Below are positions 26,522-36,879 of a stretch of 64,000 nt of DNA, piece by piece; positions within the stretch are counted from its first letter, which is position 1; every line of letters begins with the position of its first letter. The notes beneath the pieces are model-generated. The model saw nothing but the letters and a program-made list of their open reading frames with translations, did no database searches and was not told where the DNA came from. Origin of the DNA: Neovahlkampfia damariscottae (Eukaryota); contig JABLTG010000022.1 in NCBI GenBank assembly GCA_016618085.1, forward strand, positions 1 to 64,000, in the 5' to 3' direction. The position numbers were made by a program, and so were the translations under genes.

Positions 26522-26635
26522 GATGAACTTGATGTTTGTCTTGGATGAATTGATCTGACCAATCAAATGGAAGTGAACTTTGTTTGGTATTGATTTTGCC
26601 AAATGACTTAAAGAAATGACGACAATATATTTTAA

Positions 26636-27258
26636 ATGGAACAAAAAAGAACGAAAATGAACACAGGTTATATTTATAAATTTGTTGTAAAGACCCAAAT
26701 GTTACAGAATTTTATGTTGGTTCTACAAAAAATATTCGAAGAAGAAAATGTCAACATAAATATTCATGTAACAATGAAAATAGTGAAAAAAATCATTTAA
26801 ATGTTTATAAATTCATCAGGAAGCATCAAGGATTTGAAAATTGGGATATGATCGTTTTAGAAGAAGTGCATTATGATAAAAAACATGAACTAAGAAAATA
26901 TGAGAGAGATCATATTGAATTATTAAAACCAACTTTAAATAAACATATGCCTGATACTTTATCAATTGACAACTGTGGAGGTTTGGAAAATTTGCGAACA
27001 GCATCCAAAAAGAAATTTTATCAAGAAAATAAAGAAAAAATTAAATATTCTTCTCATCAAAGATATTTAATATTGAAAGAAAAAATCACCTGTGAATGTG
27101 GCGGAAACTTCCAAAAATCTGGGAAACATAAACATTTACAAACTAAAAAACACCTATTGTTTATCAAACAACCAATAATTATTTTAAATTTGAGAAGAAT
27201 TATTTATTTTTCTTCTTTTGCGACTTTTTACAAGTGTGGATCCAATAAATTTCTTTGA
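26636..27258 (+). pseudogene. GIY-YIG endonuclease with C-terminal zinc ribbon, frameshifted
   Basis: GYIYK, frameshift near 26680, then ICCKDPNVTEFYVGST..RRRKCQH..VYKFIRKHQGFENW..LEE..YERDHIELLKPTLN; C-terminal CECGG...HLQTKKH. Confidence 0.85.
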
Positions 27259-28207
27259 TTCTTTTTGAACCTCATCAATTGTTTCCTGAAGTTGTTCGTA
27301 ATCAATTTTCTTCATGTTTCTTGGATTGAATAACTTCTTTAATACCTCTTTTGTTTTTAAATTTTGTAATTTGTATTTGTTTCCCACTTCTTCAATATTG
27401 TATATGGATTGAGATTCTTATTTTATCTGACTTCTCGAAGGTTTTCTTGTTCACTATTGTTCTGACTTTATCGTTGATATTGAATTGCTTTTCAACTTTC
27501 TTTACATCTTGAAACTTCCAAACATCCACTGGTTTACTCTTGATTGTTGAATGTCGGTTATTGTTGTATTTTTTGACAATTTCGGGCAATGTTTTATACC
27601 ATAAGTATGGGGATTGTTTACTTGCAATTCTCGCTTTTTGTATTAATCCCGAAAGAGTACCGTTAAATCTCTCCACCAAACTATTTTTTATCAAATCATC
27701 CAGCTCAGAATAAACAACTTTCACATCATTATCTTTCATCAATTTCACAAATTCGTCAGAAATGAACTGATTATCACATCTCAATTCTTTTGGATATCCT
27801 AATTCATTGAAAATATCTTTTATCGCATCGAGTAATGTCACCTTTTTATTCCCTCTTGTACTCTCTTTGAATTTCATATTTGTTAATGCTCTTGACGCAA
27901 CATATCTCGAGTTTGTGTCAATTACATTTAAAATATACTGATATCTATGAACTTTTTATCTATTGTACACCACAATATCCGTCTAATATAAACCTCTATT
28001 CATTCCAACGACAATTTAGCTAAATTCTTTTTGTTTATGTGGTACTTTCGATAATTGTTGCCATTCTTGCTTATCCCTTATTGTTTTAATTTTCTTTAAT
28101 GTTGTTTTTATTCCGTTATCCTTCAACATCTCTTGTAGTTTCTTTAAATCATTTGTTAATCCTGTATTTGGATTGTTTATCAATTTTTTGATTTTTTCAT
28201 CTTCCAT
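27184..28207 (-). pseudogene. Retroviral-type (rve/DDE) integrase of Polinton/Mavirus type, disrupted
   Basis: One frame from 28207: NNPNTGL leader, Y*TDIVV (D1), YILNVIDTNSRY, LRCDNQF (D2), NSLVERFNGTL (E), KYNNNRHSTIKSKP, FNINDKVR..KKTFEK; in-frame stops at 28016, 27983 and 27956, and a late frameshift. Confidence 0.9.
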
Positions 28208-28279
28208 TTGTATAATTTAGGTATAGATTTTAATTATTTTATTATTTTTTTGGGTTTAAAGAAATAAAAATAATATAAA

Positions 28280-29018
28280 ACGGCAAAAAAGAACATTTCA
28301 TAAATATGCTTTGACAAGTGAAGATATGGAACAAATTAAAGCTGTTTATAAATCCAAATTTGTTGTTCCTAAAGCTGTTGATCTTGATGAAGAAATCCAA
28401 AGAGACGAACAACCAAAACAACCAAAACAACCAAAAACTGATTTTAATGAACTTGCCAGACTTGCAAAAGAAGGAAAAATTCAATTATTGGCTGATGATA
28501 CATACTTTTACCAAAATGCTGGTTATAACATCCATCATTTGAAGAAAGGCGATGTTGCTAAAATAGTATCTGCATCCAAACAATTAAACCAATCAAACAA
28601 AAAAACTAATATCTGCAAAGAACTTGACTAAATTAAAACAAATGAATATTACGCTTTAAAAGATCCAAAAACAATAAATGAATTATATATATTTGATAAA
28701 AAAGAATTATTTAATTTTGAATTCAAAGAAAAACAAAGTTATACTATTTTTTATGCTGGTGATTTAATTGAATTATTAATATGGTTAAAATATGATTTGA
28801 AATACCATCCATACATTATTTATAAATCAACATAAAATTTTCCAATTGAACAAATGAAATTATTTAAAGAACTTGACAATAAATTTATGTCAGTAGCTTT
28901 ATGTTCAAAATATTTAAGAACTTATTCGAAATTACAACACAATTTATTTAATTTTCCAATTAGTTGTGCTACTGGAATTTTAAACGGCAAGAAAACTTAT
29001 TACGGAATTGCAAATTGA
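28280..29018 (+). pseudogene. Decayed, probably truncated large viral gene
   Basis: Frame of ORF 28311-28631 stays coding-like through two TAA stops to TGA at 29016-29018; island motif at 28253; ACG at the expected start position. Confidence 0.45.
28410..28436 (+). repeat. 3x 9-bp tandem repeat CAACCAAAA (QPK repeats)
   Basis: Read directly from the sequence. Confidence 0.9.
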
Positions 29019-29071
29019 ATGAAAATGACTTCACTGCTGTTTATTTTCAACATTCACAAAAAAAGAATATT

Positions 29072-29153
29072 TGATTACTGTGGGGTTCGAACCCACGCCC
29101 ACGAATGGACAGGAACCTTAATCCTGCGCCTTGGACCGCTCGGCCAAGTAACC
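29072..29153 (-). tRNA. tRNA-Leu(AAG)
   Basis: Reverse complement GGTTACTTGGCCGAGCGGTCCAAGGCGCAGGATTAAGGTTCCTGTCCATTCGTGGGCGTGGGTTCGAACCCCACAGTAATCA folds as a cloverleaf with long variable arm; oligo-T terminator at 29058-29064. Confidence 0.97.
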
Positions 29154-29258
29154 TTTGATGATAAGTATCAAAGAAATTATTATTTGAATGAATTAAAAGT
29201 CAAGCTTGATATTGTTGTTTTTAATTGTTGAAGAATTTTTATCCAATCAAACTATTTT

Positions 29259-32200
29259 ATGGAGTCAACGTCTCATCTCTGTATTGGAGATACCATCTCT
29301 TTGTACACAGCAAAAGATGCAGATAATTTCTACTTCAACATAAATGGGTAAGCAGTTTCTTTTTGCTAAAAGAAAAAGAATTCAAAATTTTCATTGTGCT
29401 GTTGTTCAAACCACAAAACAAGAACCATTTCCATTAAATTACCGCGAGTGTTTGTTTCAAGTAATAAAAGCTGGACAATATCAAGCACTTAAAGCTTTTA
29501 AAAAAGAAATTGAAAATGCTCAAATTCCTTTTGAAAATTTCAAACTTGAACAGATCACTGACAAAACTTTGAAAAAAAAATTATCAATATTAGAAAAAGA
29601 AATGAAGAAAGAAATGGACAACAACTGGCAATCAAACTTTGTTTCAAACCGTGGAAAACCAATTTTATACGGTGATTCAGTTTTGTTGTTTCACGTCCAA
29701 AGGTTTGTTTATTTTTTTTCTTTTTATTGTTTTTAAAAGTCAAAAATACTTGACTGTCGCCAAACAAAACTCTGAAATACAAAAAGACGCTTTGAAAATT
29801 GTTTTAACAAGTCATCCTGATAGATATGCTTTTTTCAGTATTTTACCTTCCATCAAAGTTAAAATAGAAGGTGAAAAGGTAAGAAAACATCATTTCTTTA
29901 AATTTTGTTTAGATTTACTTCAAAGACACTTTCAACATTTTCCATGGTAAATTTGGCAATAATATGAATTTAGGAAAATATGCTTTGAAAGATGGAAGAC
30001 TTGAAGTGAATATGAGTTCTTCAAGTGATCCTGCAAAATGGAAAATGAATTTGTATCAAAAAAACTCCACAAATACTCATGAATCTGATCGATTAAAATC
30101 AGGTATTGTCATCAGAATTTATCACAAAGAATATGAAGCCTATTTAATGTATGATCAAGATAAAGATTGTTTAGATTTATGTTCACCAAAAGATTTAGCT
30201 GATTTTAGTACTTTTTCTTTATGGGAACTTGAAAAGGATGAAAGAGCAAATGGTGGTTTTATCAATTGGAATGAAAATATTTTAATTAGACATTTAGCTT
30301 CAAATAAGTATATTTGTTTGGATCCAAATAAAGTAATTGTTCATCCAAAAGCAGAAACACCTCTATCAAGAACGGATACAATGTCTGGCTCTTCTCAATT
30401 CAAGAAATTTGGCTCATCATGGGGTTTAATGAAAGGAATGCTAACAAAAGAACCAGAAAATGAGAAATCAATGAAAAAAAGAAATTCAGGAATGGGTTGG
30501 AGTACAATGAAAGAAAAAATACCAATTCCATCTCCAATTGAAGAAAAAAAGACATCAGCAGCTTGGAATTTTTTAAAAAGAAAAAAATCAGTGATGGACC
30601 AGTCAAAACAAGGATGGGGTTCTGTAAAAGATGTTGGATTAGAAAAAAGGAAATCTGTTAAACAAACAAATGGAATTGGTGGTTGGAATTCTGTAAAAGA
30701 AAAAACATCAAATTCTGGAAAAACTGGTTGGAGTAATCTCAGAAGAAGAGCATTTGGTAGTTTAGTTGAAACAGTTGATTCAGTTGATGTTCAATTAACT
30801 CAGAAACATAAAACTATTTGGCATTTTGTAAACGTTCAAAAAAATAACAATGCTCTTGCTTATGAATCTTATGTCAGATTTTTTGAACCTCACCAACAAA
30901 CTTGGTTACATTTAGAACAAGAACCAGAAAAGAAAAAAGAATACAAATGTTCAAGTCAAATCAGAATGAATGAAGAAGATGTATTTTCCATCAAACAAGT
31001 TCAAGATAGTGAAGTAACAAATATTTTAGTTGTTTTATCATTGATGAAACCAATATCAAATTTTGTTCAATCAGTAATCAGCATTTTTTTGGAATTCACT
31101 TTTTTTTTTTAGATTGAAGAAGATCCAGAAGTTATTTCTGAAGATGATTTAGTTCCAGTTTTTGATTCTTTATCAAAATTGGTTTCATTCATCTTTGATG
31201 ATTACAGTGATATTCCACCAATGAAAAAAGAAGGTATTCCAATTGTTGAACGTCAAAATACTGTAAGACAATTGCATCTTTTTGATAACGTGATGAATAT
31301 GATTTCAAACTCATTTGAAAAAAAAGTTGTTGATGAAAGAAATGTGAACAAAAAAAAAAGAAAATTTGGACAAGCATTTGAAATTGGGTACAAATTATTG
31401 AAGATATGTTGTCGTGAAAATACTGCAAATGGTGAATATCTTTATAAGTACATGAATACTATACAAAATCATTTGGAATATGAAATTGGAGCTGCTGAAT
31501 GTTTATTGGATATCATCAAAGATAATGATAAAGTTCTTAATCAAATTACAGAAGCTCAAATTGATTATTTTCTTGATATTATTTTAAAAGGTGAAGGAGA
31601 AGCTTCATTTGTTTCATATGTCACAGCTCTTTGTAGTTACAAAAACAATCCAGTTATCAAGAATCAAGAATATATTTTAAAAAAACTTTTAAGTGATAAA
31701 AGAAAAGCAAGAAATATTCTTGGAACACCATGGATGCAAAGAGGAGAAATTTATCTCATGTGCTATGAAGAAGAACAATCATTAGAATTTTTTTTGGATG
31801 TTTCTGAATCTGTCAATGAATATTTGAATCAAGTTATCATTTTATTATCACAACTTTGTTTAGGAAGAAATGTTAAAGCGATTAAAGTTATTCAAGATAT
31901 TGTTGAATATGAAACAGTTGAAGCATTTATTTTAAATGAAAATCCGAAAATGAAATCATATTTAAGAAAGAGTTTTATTGAACTTTACATCAATTGTCAT
32001 ATCAATATTGAACCGTTTGAAAGAAGACCATTATATCAATTATCAAGAAATTTAGCAGAAATTAAATCTGATGAAGAAGGTGAAGAAAAACCATCTGATG
32101 GTTATCAAGATCAAATTGAGTTGTTAATTTTCAGAGATATGAAGAAATTCTTTGAAGAAAAATTTCTTAAAGAACATGCTATAATTGAAGTCAATAACTT

Positions 32201-35200
32201 GAATGAAAATATTTATATTTTGGAAATGTTAAGATTATGTCGTAATATGTTTGAATTTTCAATTTATCATGGAATGGAAGAAGTAGAGGGCTTAGTTCAA
32301 CCATTGATGAATATTATGAACGGAAATACTGATAAAAAAGATGGAAAAGTAATGTCAAATTCAGAAAGATTTGAAGATAATCCACAAAATCTAATTGTAA
32401 TGAAAATCAAAATTGAAATTTGTAACATTATTTCTTTGTTATTTGATTTAAGATTGGAAGGGAGAATTGCAAAATTTATTGAATTTTTCAAAAAGAAATA
32501 TGATTTAAATGATATTTCAGTTGTCCCAGAAGATGAGAAATTCTTCAAAGGATTATTTCAACAAGTTGATTTTGATTTTCATGGACTTCAAGATATTTTA
32601 CTTGATTTGTCACTTTATAAAAATATTGAATTGACAACAAGAGTTTTACATTTGATTTTTAGAACCAACAATCAAAAATCAGAATTGGCTGATCATTTAG
32701 CTCAAATTGAATTAGTTTCACCAAAAATGATTTCTGAATCTAAACAAATTCGTGGGACTTTCAATGGAATGAAACCTTTGATTTATTCAACATTTACTTC
32801 AATGAGTAAGGAGAATAAAAAAAAGAACGCACTATCAATTTATGGTTCAAATCTTGAGAGAGAAATGATCAGAAATCGAGATAGAACTCAAAAGATTTTG
32901 AGAAATCTTGGATTTCATACAACTGTATTTGGTGCATTACAACAAGTTACTCCAAAACAAATTACTGAAGAAGCTGTACTTCCAATATTCAAATTACTCA
33001 AGGATGTAAGAAAAATATTTCATTTATAATATTTTTAACAGTTTGTTTGTGATAACCCAACAAATCAAGCTCTGGTTGGTGAACATTTCAATTTATTAAT
33101 TCCATTAATTTCCGAATTTGAGAGTGATGATGTCATTGAACTTTTAATTGAAACTTGTAAAGAGAATAGACATGTTTGTTCATCCATTGAAGAAAAAACA
33201 ATTCAATTATATTTGAGATCAATTTCAAGCAAAGGAAAAAAACCTATTTACATTGATTTTCTTCGAATGTTAATTAAACCATCCAAAGGTGAAAGTATCA
33301 AAAGGAATCAATTTTTAGTGATCAAAGAGCTATTAGAAAGAAAAAATAATACTATTTTATTATTCAATGATGAAGATGGTTTGAAAAAAAGAAACAAATT
33401 GATCACTGAAGAAGAAGATAAAGATCCAAATGGAAAATTAAATTACTTCATGGTAAGACATAACAACAAATCATTAATATTTAACAGTCATTATTGTTGT
33501 TATTAATTGATGGAACAGAAGGAAAAGCTCATTTTTCTGAATTAAAAATGCAAACTGTTTTTACACTTGATGATGTTTTGAATCAATTACTTGATCCAAT
33601 GACAAAGAAACTACCAAAATTGAACAATTTATTGTTATTGTATCTTGATGAAGTTTTTATCAATACAGAAAAACCAAATCCAAAATTACCTCAAAATGAA
33701 AAATTGTGGGAGTTATTTAGTAGATTAATCACTGATATTGATGATTTTACTGATGATGCTCCAAAACATAACTATAATTCATATTATATTTTTAAAGTTA
33801 TTTTACAATTATTCAATCATTTCATTGAAGATTACAAAGATTTAATTCCAAATGAAGAATATTCAAAAACACCTTTATTTGAACTTATTACCAGTTTAGT
33901 CACTTTGCACAAAGAAGTTTGTTTACCTTATCATCGTGAATTGATTGAAAATTGTCTCTATCAAATGAAGAACATCAAAGATTTCTTTGTTGCAGAATCA
34001 GATGAATTTGCACTTAGTTTGATTGATAATTTCTTGGAAGAACAAAGTTCACATATCAAGATCAAAACTATCATTAGAAATCCAAATAAGATTGAAATTG
34101 ATGAAGATGAAGCTGAACAAAAATTTCACTTGTTCTTCAACCTTTCACGTCCATTTCTTGAAAATGATAATCAATTTGAAAAAGTTGCAAGTAACTTACT
34201 TTATTATATCAATAGAGGACAAAAAGAATTCATTGAAGCAAATATTAAATTGTTAAAAAGTTTATCTGTCACTTCAAATTGGAAATCAAAAGATTTAGTT
34301 AAAATTATCAAATTATTATTGAAAACACTTCAACATGTTTTAGATTTAGTTAAAGAAAATGGAAAGAAATATAAATTTTCATATTCTCAACTTCAAGAAG
34401 AATTTTCAAAATTAGGAGCTTCTTCATTGGTTATTGATTTAATGACATCTCCAATTGATGATGTAGTTAAAGAAGCTTTGGAATTTGGGATTAAATTACT
34501 TGATGAAGGAAATACAAGAGTCCAAGAAGATATTTATCAAAGTTGGAAAAATGATAAAACAGGTTCTTTCTTTATTTCAATCAGAAGAAGAATTAGAAAT
34601 GCAATTGATATAATCAATGAAAAGCATTCTATTATGCAAAAGAAAAAGAAATTTCAATTTGAACAAGAAGCAAATTTGAACATTTTAGCAATCATGCAAG
34701 AAGAAGAAGGAGAAGATTTTGATCTTGGTTCTAATATTGTTGAAATTTTCAGATTTCTTCAATTATTATGTGAAGGTCATAATTTGAAAATGCAAAGATA
34801 CTTGGGATTTCAATCAGAAAATCAAATTTCTATTAATTTAGTTCAAGAATGTTTAGATTTTATTTTTGAAATTAAAAAGTTAATTAATCATAATACTATT
34901 GAAATTGCATGTCAGGGATTTGATACATTGACTGAATTTGTTCAAGGACCTTGTGATGAAAATCAAAAAATTCTTAATACACCAAAATTGTATTTGTTAG
35001 CAAATGAAATTTTAGAAAATGATTTTGATCCACATTCAAGAAAGAACAATCAAGTATTAAAATTAATTGACGCATTAGAATTGAAAGAAAAAGTATTAAT
35101 AACTTTAGCGAGTGTTGCTTCTGAAGGTAGAAAACCAGAAATTATTGATTTAATGAAAAATTCACTTTTATTGAATATCTTTGAAGAAAAGATGATGGAA

Positions 35201-36871
35201 ATTTATTCACATGTTAAAACATCAGAAGGAAAAGAAAAATTAATGGAGCGTATTAAAAATGAAAGTTCAAATCGTGATTTATATAAACTTGGTGATATTA
35301 GAGAAGATAGTAACAAATTAAGAGATGAATTAGTTGCAAGAGAAGAAGATATTGGATATCATTATTATTTCTTGTTGAAAATTCTATCAGCCAATGAAGA
35401 AAAAGGAGGTCCAACAAAATCAATATTGGAAACAAAAATCAATGAAACAACAGGTTTATTTGATCATTATCAAAAAGGATCTGGTCAAATTGAAATCATT
35501 AGAAATGGTGAATTAGATCGTGTTTATTTCAGAATTCCAGAAATTTGTGGAAATTTATCAGAAGAAACAAAAGCAAAATTTTTAGAAAATTGTTCTTTGG
35601 ATGATCCTCAAGAAAAGGTTAAACAATTATTTGAACAAACTAGATCATTTAAATCGGAAATGGAATACTTTTCTCATCTCAAGAAGAGTACATTTTTCTG
35701 GAGAATTATTTATCCAAACTTTCAAAACATGAACTTTATTCAATTATTGATTACTTTCATTTCAAATTTATTATTATTGTTTACTTATGCACGTGTTTTT
35801 GATACATCATTTGATTGGCCAATACCAGTACCAGGTGTTTCAAATGTACCAGATGGGTATCAATTAAGATTACAAGGAGACTTCACAGATCCTGTTTCTG
35901 AAGTCATTTTCTATGTATTAGTATATTTTCATTTGCTTACAACAATTCTATTATCCGGAATTTATGTTTGTTATTTTGTCCCCTTGGAATTAAGAAGACA
36001 ATTTAAACCTGATTGGAGACAAGAATGGAAAGATATAAGAAGAGATAAATTCTTTGTGAGAAAGTACTTATGGAGTATTCTCACTCACCGATCATTATGG
36101 ACACTTATTCTTTACATTATTGTTATTATACTTGAATTGGCTGTATCTCCTTTATTTGGTTGTCTTTTACTTTTTGAAATCATTCAAAGATCAAAAACTT
36201 TAAGAAATATCTTGAATGCTGTAAAAAATGCAGGAGTTACTTTATTACTAACAACTTTATTTATGATATTCATTGTTTGGGCATTATCAACTTTAAGTTT
36301 TAATTATGTGTTCAATGAAGGATTTGTATTGAATACCAAAGTTGGACCAACTGCATTACCTGGTCAAAATCAATTTCTTTGTGATACACTTGCCAAATGT
36401 GTGCTTCATTTATTTTCATATGGTATTCGATCAAAATACTATATAGAAAATGTTACACCTGCAACAACCTATTTACCAAGATTTTTCTTAGATATGTTTT
36501 ACAAAGTAGTTGTTGTAATTGTTATATTCAATATTGTCTTTTCATTAATTTTAGATTCATTTTCAAATTTGAGAGAAAAAAGAGCAGAAAGAGAAAAAAA
36601 AATGAAAGGAAATTGTTTCATTTGTGATATTGAAAGAAATAGATTTGATTCCAAAGCAAATGATGGTATTTCATATGAAAATCATTCAAAAGAGAATCAT
36701 GATAAATGGAATTATGTTTCATTTTTAGTTCATTTATTTCAAAAACCACATACTGAATATACAGGTGTTGAACAATTTATTGAAGAATCAGTTCAAAAAG
36801 ATGATATTACATTCTTTCCAGTTTTAAGATCAATGGAACTTGAAGAAAGTGAAGAAAAAAAAGAAAATTAA
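29259..36871 (+). CDS. Inositol 1,4,5-trisphosphate receptor-like Ca2+ release channel, multi-exon
   Basis: LCIGDTISLY start; MIR-like motifs (YGDSVLLFH, IRHLASNKY); RIH (ERQNTVRQ); RIH-associated FRFLQLLCEGHN and TLTEFVQGPC; TM region; C-terminal CFICDIERNRFD..HSKENHDKWNY. Confidence 0.92.
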
Positions 36872-36879
36872 AAAATAAT

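Larger units (their letters stand above)
20590..29050. mobile_element. Decayed endogenous Polinton-like virus / virophage-type element (boundaries approximate)
   Basis: Cluster of short ORFs without recognisable introns interrupting intron-rich host genes; contains A32-like ATPase, rve integrase, GIY-YIG nuclease and small Cys/His proteins; many stops and frameshifts. Confidence 0.85.

Noticed and set aside
27950..28020. TAA/TAG reassigned to Gln (variant genetic code) in the island
   Set aside because: Other island and host genes end normally at TAA/TAG and the island also has frameshifts; mutational decay explains the stops
28208..28235. TCTA upstream of the integrase as a CroV/Mavirus-type late promoter
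   Set aside because: A single 4-mer in AT-rich DNA that does not recur before the other minus-strand island genes
20590..29070. Terminal inverted repeats and target-site duplication for the island
   Set aside because: No matching inverted or direct repeat found by eye at the two ends; the right end appears truncated
29019..29231. 70-aa ORF
   Set aside because: It is the antisense reading of tRNA-Leu
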